Source of the DNA: Tubiluchus corallicola
Lineage: Eukaryota > Animalia > Priapulida
Direction: 5' to 3'
DNA: 64,000 bases
Assembly: GCA_030141605.1 (NCBI GenBank)
Contig: JAQGDQ010000104.1
Span: 434,001-498,000 of the forward strand
The translations under genes and the position numbers were made by a program. Positions 1 through 27,826 of the stretch are shown one piece after another. The notes beneath the pieces were generated by a model, which worked only from the letters and a program-made list of their open reading frames with translations, had not been told where the DNA came from and did no database searches. Each line of letters opens with the position of its first letter. Positions within the stretch are counted from its first letter, which is position 1.

Positions 1-1863
1 TGTGTGTAACGAGGATAGTTGAATTGAATTTATATTATTGAAGCTCTTCTCTTAAAAGCACGTACTTTTAGAAATGGGCTTCGCACAGGTAGCCAGCTTT
101 TAAAACCACAGATTTTGAGCCGTGCAAAAAAATTGGGCATGTTCTTTGCAAAAATATGTTTTCATGCATTCCATTAGTTTGATCTTGAATGTTGGGCGTT
201 TTCAATTGATGTGCTTTGTGTTTTTTTTGCAATTAGCATTTTAATTAAGCAACTCTTATGAATTGTATTGCTGATCTTAAATTGAACTTTGCGAGTCTGG
301 TTTATTGACTTAAATTTGTTGCGCTTAGTTGAGTGTTTGTTCGATTCTGACCCACGTTTATTGATTTTAGTGTTTGTCTGCATGATTTTGCATTTTATCG
401 TGTCATAATTAGCTACTTGATAATGCAGATGAGTTGTTTAGCTTAGTTATTGTTTAGATTAGTCACATTTATGCAAATGTATTACAGTGTTTGTGAGCGT
501 TATTATATCTATTAGTCATTATATGGATTAGTTGCTGTGTTTTGTGCATTTTTATAAGCTATTTACTGCAATGTGTTGACTGTGCATGTTAATTTGTTTA
601 TTACGGATATTCATTCTATTTTATCTGTAGATTTTTGAATGATTTTTAACATTTTCGTTTATCTTTTAAACTGATGTTGGTTGTTGATACGTCTGCCATT
701 GTACCGAGTTTAAGAAATTATTAGTCTTGCTTTAAACACAGTGTTACCTTAATTTGTGTATGATTATTCGTTTAATTATTTATGCTACCTATAAAATATT
801 TGTTTACCTCTTATGATCCGTAAGTAATGTGAGATTAGCGTGATATAATAATAACAGCATTTGTGTGAAGTCAAAAGGAGAAAGTATGATAGTCAGAGTA
901 TTCAAAGTTATTAACGGGCAGTTGCAGTCCCATTACCAGGCTTGTAGGAATTTGTTTTTCGCATTAAATTTTGCAGAGTTTTCGGAACACTGAGGTCAGC
1001 AGTAGTAAAATAAAATTTTAACAGTTTTGATTCAAGATCACCACTCACCAGTGCTATGTGCACTGGTACTGCACTACGTTTGAAAATAAATTGTTAAGCT
1101 AAATATATTTTAAATATTTTTAGTCAATTTGCTAGTCTTGATAGTAGTCCAGAACATTATGGTTTGTCACAAATGTCAGAGACTGTTTTGTTCAGTTACA
1201 ATTATTTTAACGATGTAGTATAACAGCATTTAGTTAGTTCTACATTTGTTAATGCTTTTTAAGACCTTCTACGTTGTTCTGACAATGTTCTGATTGCAGT
1301 TGTCAATATACATCTGCTTAAATTTCCTCCACAGTTTACAGATGGAAATACTGCATAAGTCGAAGGTTTTCATTGCCCACCTTACAGACTTTTGCATGTA
1401 TTCGTGCATACAAATTGTCTGGGTAGTTACTCAAAATTTAATAATCATTGGTTTACTATTACCATTTTTTGTTACCAGTCCATGCAGAGTCTAAAACTTT
1501 TGGCTGTTTAATTACATGTGTTTCTAAATTAAATTGTCTACACTGATTAAAGGAATTCTTCTGTATCAGTTTAGTCATACATTTGTCGTAATTATATATG
1601 TATCAGTAAATCTGTAAAATTTCTAGAATTATCTTTGTTTTATTATGTATGTTTTTAGTTTAGTAAAATGACAGATTGATTTATAATAATAAACTGAGTG
1701 TGTTGTGTAAAGATGTGTGGAGATAAAATAAATTAGTGTTTTAGTATACTTATTGGTTGTCTGACCATGTATTCATTTCAATTTGTTGAATTTAAACCTT
1801 TATTTCACAATTTCCTCCATATAAAACACTGGTTGAAAAAGTATGAAATAAAAGATAATAAAA

Positions 1864-2323
1864 TACAGACAACCTCGGGTATAAGGTAATCGCTTATAAG
1901 GGACTGCCATCACTGGTCCTGATTTTTCGTAACGTTTTTCATTATAAAAATCGTCGCATATAAGGTACTCGGATACAAGGGAGTTTGGGTTATAAGGGAT
2001 GGTATCTTCAGGTCCTGTGTAATAGAAACCCAGGTAAATTTGCTCGCATGTAAAGGACCCTTTGATCAAATGTTACAATGGCTTGTAATTGGGATGAGTT
2101 TGAATAAACATCGATTTCTATGTTCAGTTCAAGATGACTGGATATGTTTGCATTAAATCGGTATATTACATGCATTGCGACAAACGGTTCATTTGGCATT
2201 AGGCTACCAGATGAGGTATATAGAGCTTGCAGATCAAGATACACCCTTGGTCTGACTCAACTTCGGCTATAAGGGACGATTTTTTCCGGTCCAGAGGTGT
2301 CCTTTATATCTAAGGCTGACTGT
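1864..2323. mobile_element. pogo/Tigger-like (Tc1-mariner) non-autonomous MITE
   Basis: Ends TA-CAGACAACCTCGGGTATAAGG ... CCTTTATATCTAAGGCTGACTG are imperfect inverted repeats. Near-identical left end at 63400 (TACAGTCAACCTCGGGTATAAGG) and right-end copy at ~58425-58496. Confidence 0.7.
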
Positions 2324-2939
2324 GTAGCATTCTACAAAAATTAATCACATTACTATATTTAGTTTGCCTGCATCTATAATATGCTATTCTAAGTTAAAAT
2401 TGTTTTAGTTTCGTCTGCCATGAGAAACACTATAATACACAGAACAAGTGTAATAACTTCAGTTACAATAAATACTCTTCCTTATCAAAGTGTTTTTAGA
2501 TAATTTGACATGCTGAAAGGTGCGATAGGAATCAGGCACACAGTGGTAGGGATTGCTCAGCGTAAGTACTTGTGGTAAGACCAGAATGTTTTAAGGTAAT
2601 CCTTTGAGAGAAGTACTGAACTGGTAGAGGTGTCTCAGTCATATTTAGATTTGTGTTCATTCTCTCTCAACTATGAAAATGCTGACAAGCACTGCAGCAG
2701 CAAAAACAGTCCACAATAATGAGATTTGAATCTTGATGCCACCATTCAGTTACTGACGAAGCTCTGGATTGCTTAACTGAGTTGCTAGTAAATGAACAGC
2801 AGTTACTAGCTACTCACCTCTCCTCTCCTATATGACAACAAACCGCTGTCAACTTTCTGTCTGAATCATTAAAATAATTATAGACAATAAAATAAATAAA
2901 GTTATACATGTAATAACTAATACAAGTGTCTGCTACTCT

Positions 2940-3090
2940 CCCTGATTGGACGACCGTGACGTTTCCTATGTCAGACATCACGTGCTGGTTTTCAGCGTCT
3001 TGATTGGTTGTTATGTCGTGTTTGTTTACAAATCTTGTCACGTGACTTATTGTAGGTGAAAGTCTGAAAGACGATCGCCATTTTTCATGA
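2940..3090 (+). promoter_or_regulatory. putative OGA promoter / 5' region
   Basis: CpG-richer patch 200-350 nt upstream of the OGA ATG. It has two inverted CCAAT boxes (TGATTGG ~2943 and ~3001), E-boxes CACGTG (~2979) and palindromic GTCACGTGAC (3037-3046), and a YY1-like CGCCATTTT (3076). Confidence 0.5.
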
Positions 3091-3290
3091 ACTTCGCAAA
3101 TAGAGAACGTCGAAATTGTTGCTACGCATAAAACTAATTACTGTATAACGTTTCGCGAACGGTGCGAAATTAGTTCATGGACTCGGTATTTGTATGCAAC
3201 ATTCTGTGTCTTTAAGAATAGTATTATGTTTTACTAGTCATTGATTCTCGACCCGACGTACCTGTTCATACGCCCATTGCTGAAGTCGTA

Positions 3291-19278
<15,988 letters not shown>

Positions 19279-20146
19279 GCAAATCTTTGTTAGTCTTAGG
19301 TGCATTTTTCTCTTGTAAATTCGTTGTTATCGTTTTTGTTTTGCAATTAAGAACGTTAGCTTTGATTTGTGAAAGGTTTATAAGTGCACAAACTATGTTT
19401 GTTTATTTTAGGGGGTCTTTGGACGTGGAAGAATAAATTCTGTTTCTTGTCATTTTATTACTGTCGTTATAGCTGTGTGTATGTATTATAAAAATAATAT
19501 TGCATTGTTTAAAATGTGTGCATATGTGAATACTGGAGCATAATAAAATGTTATTTTCAACATTTTTAGCCTGTTGCTTTTCAATTTCTGTAGTGAATTT
19601 GCTCAGTAGTTGATGTGCATTTTTGTACCACTGATTTGATTTGTACAATACAAAATAAGTAGTGGCAGTCACTCTAGGAGGAGCAACACAGCATTGGAAA
19701 TGATGAGAATTTGGCTGGACAGCTTTAAGGGTCGAAATTTGGACTTCTTTAACCACTTGAAAATGCAGTGGCCTAATGGTTGCGACACCTGCAATGTGCC
19801 AGTGGGGTAAGCAGATGGTCCCTGGTTGAAGTTCTACTTTGTCACATGTCCTGTCTTTCAAATTTAGTATCGAAGTTTAATTGTGGTTTTGTAATATCCT
19901 TCAGGACAATAAAATAATATGGTCCAAAGCTTAAGTTTTATGAATAAATCTTGAAGCATCATTGCATTTGGTGTTAAAACCGAGTTATTCTGCAGTTTTG
20001 TGAATAATTCTTGAAACATCTTATTGTATTTGTGGATTAAAACTGCGTCCTTCTACAGTACATTTTGCAAAAAACAGCAAAATTATTAAATTGCCGGCGA
20101 TAATTTTCAATTTATTACGTTGCCGTCATTGACGTTCTACGTGTAG

Positions 20147-20386
20147 TGGCGCGTTCAGAAGTAGAGACTTCTCTCTGAAAGTAAAGTTGCACATTTGAAT
20201 AGCTTCACAACTCTCTGAGAGTAAAGTTGGACCTGTCACTGGCTTGACAACTTTTTTCGCATCTTATTGCGCAAGTTAACTCTATACAAATCTCCCTGAA
20301 TTTGCAATAAGTTCCGAGAGAAGTTGCCAAGCCGTTCACATGCAATTTTACTCTGAGAGAGAAGTTTCTATGACCAAACGCGCCAT
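20147..20386. mobile_element. palindromic MITE with ~65-bp imperfect TIRs
   Basis: TGGCGCGTTCAGAAGTAGAGACTTCTCTCTGAAAGTAAAGTTGCA... is the reverse complement of ...TGCAATTTTACTCTGAGAGAGAAGTTTCTATGACCAAACGCGCCA. Confidence 0.7.
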
Positions 20387-21522
20387 AATAAGCAAAAATT
20401 TTGATTGCACGTCTGTTCGGTAGAGGGCGCCATGTAATTGCCCCATATCACGTGTTAATGGCGCGTTTGTAAGTAATTTTTTGACTACATCTGTGTGTAA
20501 GTTGACTTTCACGTGAACTAATAGAAGCTGGGCTTACCATAATTATATATATGTAAATGATATGCATAAAACGATACACTAGTAATCACCGTTATGTATC
20601 CTAAGTAAGTAAAATAACTTTACCAATAGAAGTGCGCAAAATTTATTAATATTATTAAAAAAATTTAATTTTTTATTAATTATTTTTCAAATAGAAGTGA
20701 ACTTTTACGTGCGTCTCACATTCACAAAAACACAATTAGCGCTGTAGATTACAAATGGAGCGTTTAATTTCACCGGCCTGTTAGTATTAAATTAAGTTTT
20801 ATGGTGTCATGAGTGCATTGTGCTGTTGACCTTACTTGGGTTTGCTCATAATGGTAAAACCATTTTTTGTGCGATGAAAAGCGGGAGAACAGGCGTCGCT
20901 GCCCTGCTGAGAAGAGATGGCTTTTTGTGTATAATGGCATTGCAAAAGCAACAAGATTATTGTGAGACAGTTTACAAGATAATTCCGTATTGTACATCAT
21001 TAATAAAAACAACTTGTACTTTGAGTTCTGTGCTTTTTTGTAGAGTCTTTCTAGCTTATGTAATTTTGAATATTATATACTATATACACACGATATAAAC
21101 ATAAGTTAGAAAGATTCTATTATGAAGTGCACTTTTAAGCAAAGTGCATTCAATGATGCTGTACAGTAAAAGATCATAGTTACAAATGCACAATTAAGAA
21201 AATGTAATACTAATAAAAATATTTAAAAATTTTGCACAAAACATACAAAACTAATCACCTACGCAAAAAAGATGGTAAAAAATAGATCGTTATTGGAGTC
21301 TATCGAGCAATTCATCGTCAGTGAATCATCATCATCAGGAATAAAGATGAGATACTGGACCAGCTGAGGTGTCTTCCAGGGCTACTTTAGTAGTTGTTCA
21401 TGTGTATATATAGTGCCTGTTCCCTTAACAAATTAAGCAGTTTAACCTGGATGACAGATGAGATATCCAGAAGTTAGTTTTTCTGACGTTACTCATTCAT
21501 TTGTTGACTAAACTTGGTTTGC

Positions 21523-21967
21523 TTAAAGGAAAACCGAACCCCTTGTCTTAAACTTGTATTATACGACAAAATGCTGTATCTCTCAGTTTTGTTCTGTTCA
21601 GTTGTGACATAGTGTAAACGTTTGAAAGTTCATGTGCGAACACAGCAGTAAACTTGAAGTTTGATTTAAAGGTAAAATTTGGGGGTTTTGTATAGCACAA
21701 AGAAATTTTGTACAGTAGCACTGTATTTTTGCTTTCACAAACACATGTAACACACTTGTGGAATGTTTGTGCTGCTGAAAATTACATTCAATTATGACAT
21801 CATCACTAACTTTGCTCGCTCAGCTTTCATTAAGTTTTTAATGTATTAATTCAATTATCAGAGACAATTTGCCATTATTGGAATTATTACAGCTGTTAAA
21901 ATGCATACTTTTCGCTGTACTTCAATATGGCATATTATCTAAAAAAATTGTACCGTTTTCCTTTTAA
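21523..21967. mobile_element. Kolobok/T2-type MITE (TTAA-AGG...CCT-TTAA ends)
   Basis: Ends TTAAAGGAAAACCG ... CCGTTTTCCTTTTAA. It shares internal TGACATCATCACTAAC with an element at ~56300-56886, and similar ends occur at ~33970-34518. Confidence 0.6.
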
Positions 21968-22279
21968 TTTCTTTGGCAACGTAATTGAATAATTGTTATG
22001 ATTTGGTTTTAGTTAGGTGATTATTTCAATAGATAAACAGAAAACAGATGACTGGGGGAAAGTAACCAGAATCACTACTTTTGCTTACTGAAACCTGTCT
22101 GTATATGGCACACTGTGTCTTGACCTGCAGACAAACTTGAAATGAAATAACGTTTTGTCCGCAGTGTGAATTTGTTCATTTTGTGAGTTTTTAGTGCAAC
22201 CACTATCGAAGCCAGTTTTTTGCAGCATTTTGCCAAACTTACGTTGGTGTCCACTGCGTAGAAGTTTTTGAAATCTGAC

Positions 22280-25200
22280 ATGTCGGCTAAAGAAGTTGTT
22301 TCAGTTACATTTGACAGTTATCGGCTGTCTCTGCTTGATAACGGACAGCTGTATTGTTACAATGATGGAGCCGAGTTAAGGTAAGAGATTGCTAAGTACA
22401 GTCTTACTATTTCACCTAAGTATCGCCTGCATTCATTTCGAATCAATGTTTTGTAGAGAAAATGACTCAAAAATGCTATTCAGGCGTTTTCTCTACAGAG
22501 TAAAAATTGCAAGCATAAGTTCATTTTTAATCATTGATTTAAACCTTCGTGTTCTTACACCTTTAGATGCTAAAACTAACATCTGATTTTTTTTAGCAAA
22601 GACAGTGATAAAACTGATGACGTGTTCGAGTCTCTTCTTGATGCAAATAGTGACAAACCGGAACAAGTTGCTGTTCTATGTGACACTCACCCGAGATCCA
22701 TGTGCCAGATAAGTGAGCGTGTGATTGCCATATGCTCCACAATGGATAACAAGTGGATCATTGACCTATATTCTGTTGAGGTCAGGCAAGGTATTATTTT
22801 GAGGAGAATTCCCAACCGGAGGTGTCAGCTTTGTCAACGTGAGCATCCTTCGAATCATTCCCGCCCGTCTCTTCTACATATATGTAAGGATTCTCACTCC
22901 ACCATGCAGGGACCGTGCAAACTAAACAGTCATTTATTCAATAGTTTTTTGAACTTAGAAGAGCGTCTTATTGCACCAAACATTTTGATCGTTGGTTGTC
23001 CGGATGGATTGATCTATGCTCTTCCGCTGAAATCTTCTGGCTTTCAGGCTCGTATTATTTGTGATTTAGAGCAGTGTGTCATGGATGTTCTGCCGATATC
23101 TTTATGTGTCTCATCACAGACAAACACCAACACTGGTCTAGCAATGATCGGAGTATACGGGAAACTGATCTTGTTGTACAGCGACAGTGATAGAAGTGAC
23201 GTTCTCACAGAAGAAGTGCAGCTAGGAGATTGGGTGTCCGGTGCAGTTGCTAGGAAGAACAAGATCATAGCTGTAGGTCGCAAGGTCGTTCATCTGTGTG
23301 AATTTGACCTTGAACAAACTGACGTTGAGGTCAAGCTAACGAACATTGACATTGATGTTATTCAAGTATCTTGGATTGATGGTGAGTTAGACATTATTAC
23401 TGTAACTGAAGTTGTGTGTAGTGTGGTGAGATTTTAAAACTGTTGCTAATTTATGTCAAAACAAAACTAACTGCAACTAGCTAAGCTGCAAGTTTCAAAG
23501 TTATTAAATTTGTTTGGCAATAGTAAGTTTCTGACAAGGTTAAATAAGTGCATGTCAGCTGCAGATTTCAACGCTTTTTACAGATAACACGGTCAACTTA
23601 ATAAAAAGCAATTCTACCAGCACACAAGTTAGTATAGATGAACTCAAAGCCCATGACGATAGTACACGAACTGTTGAAGAAGCTGGTGATGCCATTACTG
23701 ATATCCTAATGCAGATCAGCGCTTGTGCCAGGAAATTAGCTAAAGTGAGTGAGAAGATAAGACACTAAGTGAAATAAGATTTTGACATGTTTTTGCTTTC
23801 AAAAATGTGTTTTTTCCCATCATGAATACATTGTAACATTTGGTGACCTGCTACAAAAGCTTTAATTCTTATTTTCTTCTCGCATTGAATACTTGGATTA
23901 GGGGAGACCCGGGCAAAGTGGATCACTTAAGGGTTTTCCCTCATAGAGTTCAAGACGTTTGGTCTGTAACAATCAATTACATGCCCTATTCATCCGTAGG
24001 AAACTCTGCTATATTCATGTGGCAAAAAATTATAATTACTATTACTCATTTAACAGATAATTCCGAAATACGAAACCAAAATTTCTAGGGCAAAGTGGAT
24101 CTTTTACGGGCATAGTGGATCATACCGGAGCAGTTGAGCTCAACTAACTAACAATATCTTTTAAATCGATTTTGTTTATTTTGCAAAAGTAAATTGATAT
24201 GAAGCAGCAATGAACCATCCATCATATGTAAAAACAGTAGCGAATAAATCTGCACTAATTGGAATTTATCATCTATAAAAGTGAAAAGTCGCAAGAAAGT
24301 GGGTGAAAAACTTACTTTTGTGTACTGCGCTTAGACAAACTTTGCAAAGGTCGAGGTCGTTTATGCAGAGTACACAGTAGATGATGACGTAACATCACAC
24401 AGTGCATAGACTGCGACGCCTTACACATTTGATCCGCTTTGCGCAGTGATCCACTTTACCCGGGTCTCCCCTATAACAAAAAATGTTACCCAACACCCAT
24501 CATTAGGCTCATGGAACGGGCAGGACTTTTTTCATGCATTACAAATACAATTGTTAAACAACCCCAGTTGCAGTCGTGCAAAGCTGCTTATTTGCAGTGG
24601 AACGTAATAAATGTGAAGAAAGACCCTACAGATGGTCCACTGTTTGATAGGCAGGGTTAATGTTTCAGTTTGCTGGTCTTCAAATAATTTTAGTAATTCA
24701 CTTCTCAAACACTGGAGTACATTCGCATTTGCAGAGTTTCTGGTAATAGAAACTGGTAGTTTTAAATCTTAATGTAAATGAACTTTATATTAGTGATAAT
24801 TAAACCATATTTATATAGAGATGAAGATACGCTGCTTGCAGTTAACGTTAAAGTAGGCCAAAACGTGACTCCTGCATTTTGCCTGTATTTTTTTCAATAC
24901 ACCTTCAGCAGGCTTGACTTGAAACTTTGTTTGCGACATAACTAGAGTCTGACTCATTATCATGAATAGCTATTTGCTATGAGCAACTGGATCAGCTCGG
25001 GTGTCTTGGCAGCATTCAGATGTACAATGTACATATATCCCCTTTGTGACGCAAACAACCAGAATCTGAATAGAGAATGAAACCATTTATAGCAAGTATC
25101 ATTCGTGTAAAGCATGCACTCGAGACCACTCTGCCACGAATCCCTCCTGAATATTCATATTACGTACAGTATTTCTAAATGTTGATCTTTAGGTAAATGA

Positions 25201-25994
25201 AAGCATTTCCAGAAAAGATGACATTGTTAAGGACCTCCAGCACGCTAGCAAGATTTTTTCCACCCTGAATAAGCCGAGTAAGCTACTCAAGTGCGACTTT
25301 AGCATCCGTATTGTGAATTGTTGGCCACGAATAAAACATTATGTAGTAATTGCGCTAAAGAATGTGTCGGATCGACCGTTGTCGTCAAACTGGAAACTTG
25401 CAGTGACCGTATTCGCTGCTGAACAGACTGAAAGTGTCAGTTCTTTTTATCCCTTATCTGGCATTTCCTCTAGGAACAAGCAAAAGATTCCGATAGATGT
25501 GACTGTGATGACTGAACCAAATCGACTGATCGTTAAGTGTTTTCTTGTGTATAGTCTTCCCGCTGATCCCGTCCATGGCGATGCCGCCAAATCGGTGTCG
25601 GCTTGCCTTGCAAAAACAGAATGTTATTTGTTAGACAGATTAGCATTTGACAGAACATTGTTGCAGCAGAACAAGATTGCTGATAGTTGGGTGAATGAGT
25701 TAACCCGTACTCGACCAAGTTACCAGCACATTCTAGCAGACTGTGAGCCAGAAATTTCTTCAGCATCTTCCAACTGCAGGACATTGTCCTGTAACATAAG
25801 ACTGGTCGTTCCTAAGCCAACGTCAGATTTGTTCACCACTGAGTTGTCTGACTTGCTGAATGGTAAGTGAAATATATTTGTAGCTGATGGTTCTTTAATT
25901 TCTGTAAGATAAGCATCATTTTGCTTATCGTTTTTAAATTAGTTTAGTTTCTCTCTTTCTTCGCCCTCTTTCTTGCCTTGCTTTTCTCACTCCC

Positions 25995-26056
<62 letters not shown>

Positions 26057-26159
26057 CTTCTCTCTCCCTCCCTCCATCTCTCTCTCTCTTGCTCTCTCTT
26101 TCTCTCTCACACACACACACACACACTCTCTCCTCTTTCTCTTTCTCGCCTCTCTCTCC

Positions 26160-26200
<41 letters not shown>

Positions 26201-26627
26201 TCTGTCTCTCTTGTACTTTCTTTCTCTTTCTCTTTCTCTTTCTCTTATTGATTTTATGGCTCACTTTGCTACACACACATTAAAATTGTTCATTATATGT
26301 GCTGTTCTTTTCATTGTTTTTATAGATCCCTCACCTGCGATAAAAATCACGAATCAACTATTGCCGAATGCAGACCATCCTACATCAAGTGAAGTTGTGG
26401 GTGTGCTGCCCACTGGTGAACAGATAACTATATTAACAACGGTTCACCACGATTCATTGTCCAAATTTCGTATTCAGATTGTTACTGTGAAAGATGCCAC
26501 ATTGAACCATTTGCGGACTGAGGTGATCGATCGTGTTAAAGAATTACTATTTAAATGTAAACTAAAACCAAGAGTGATCACTGATGCCAACGAGAATTTC
26601 GACGTCATTGTCAGTTGTTGTAATTAA
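22280..26627 (+). CDS. FAAP100: Fanconi anemia core complex-associated protein 100-like (~670 aa; 5' and 3' ends uncertain)
   Basis: Exons 22280(or 22262)-22380, 22597-23381, 23584-23744, 25193-25862, 26326-26627, phase-consistent GT-AG. Motifs LIVGCPDGLIYALPL, ICDLEQCV, LAMIGVYGKLILL and the coiled coil AGDAITDILMQISACARKLAKVNESISRKDDIVKDL resemble remembered FAAP100 segments (LCGLPDGQL, LHHLEEPV, AGQKIKELLSGIGNISERVSFLKKAVDQRNKALTSL). They are followed by an Ig-like LKNVSDRPLSSNWKLAV. Confidence 0.72.
23900..24472. mobile_element. MITE with 27-bp TIRs
   Basis: AGGGGAGACCCGGGCAAAGTGGATCAC ... GTGATCCACTTTACCCGGGTCTCCCCT, with internal GGGCAAAGTGGATC sub-repeats. Confidence 0.85.
25946..26246. 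repeat. compound (CT)n/(CA)n microsatellite
   Basis: Directly visible in the last FAAP100-like intron. Confidence 0.97.
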
Positions 26628-27021
26628 TTACCTGCATGCAATGGAAAATTTTGTGCAATACTACTGTGATGTTACACTTCAGTTTTAAAGCATTTTAAAT
26701 TCAACTGCAATTTATTTCACTTCAGTAGCGTACTGTAGTAGCACAAAAAATATAAAACGACTTGTCAAATTTAGATCTATTTTATATTGCCCGTACCCAA
26801 GTTATTTTTTATTTTTTTAAAATAACAAATAAATTATTGTTATTACAAAGAATTTGAATGCAAATAATTTATTAATCCTCAAAAATACATAGTGGATTTT
26901 GTAGAATAGCAACAGTCCACAGTAATTACATTTATAGCATTTTAACCTTTCTGACAGTCTGACAGTAAACAGTTACAGAATTATATTTTTCAATACATTA
27001 GTGCAAAATCTGTATCTACAT

Positions 27022-27420
27022 CAGGGGTGTGCAAATTATCTGACTAGCCGAGCCACATTAAACATTCCCGCAATTCCTGTGGGCCACATGCCGTTTGGTC
27101 AAGGAGCCAAGTACAGTAGGACCTAATAGCGATTTTTTGCATCCGATTTGCACACATCATTACTACTGCACTACTACACTCAAGAAACTATTTTAGAAGT
27201 TAATAAAATTTATATTAAAAACCATGTATTTCGTCATGTCCAACAGTGACATTTAAGTGATAATGGTCTAGTAAGGGTTAATGCCATCCGATCTAGAGGA
27301 AAAAACTAACTGCACAATCTTTGCAATATTGGTGCAGACTTCAGCTGGATTGTGTGGGCCGCACTTTCATTACATTGACAAACCTCTTCCGGCCCGCGGG
27401 CCACAGTTTGCACACACCTG
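27022..27420. mobile_element. hAT-family MITE
   Basis: TIRs CAGGGGTGTGCAAA ... TTTGCACACACCTG flanked by a perfect 8-bp target duplication ATCTACAT. Confidence 0.9.
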
Positions 27421-27826
27421 ATCTACATTATGCATAACTTGTATTTTCTGAGTTGCGAGTGCAAGAATGCTTCTTTTTCAAACACTCTTCACGAGTTTTC
27501 CACAACTTTGCTTGACTTTACATGCTTTAAGCTGCAATAATTTTACAAGGTTTGTGAAGCCACTGTCTAAACTCAAGAATGCATGAATTTGTGAATTTCT
27601 GGACACATTGAGAAGGCTTTCGGTGAAGCCATTTATAAGTGTGCAAAACTAATAGACTCATGGCTAAGCCTGTCTAATTAACATTTTTCATTATGCATTT
27701 ATTCTCGGTAATACATTATTTTCTTACATTTATTCTTGGTAATTATAATATTATTATAGATAATTATAACTGCACCTTGGTGTGGATTTTTGTGATTGTA
27801 GGCATCATTTTCACTTGGCATCCCTT

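Noticed and set aside
1-1800. T-rich region with short ORFs
   Set aside because: Low complexity, with no motif or exon evidence.
2750-2790. Hammerhead ribozyme core (CTGACGA + stem)
   Set aside because: No GAAA follows the stem; it is better explained as a degenerate 5S-like remnant on the other strand.
19403-19861. 152-aa minus-strand ORF
   Set aside because: It lies antisense to the OGA 3'UTR, with no motifs or splice support.
20458-21098. ATGGCGCGTTT|GTAAGT and ORF 20820-21098 as 5' exons of FAAP100-like
   Set aside because: The ATG context equals the terminus of the adjacent MITE, and no phase-compatible downstream exon was found.
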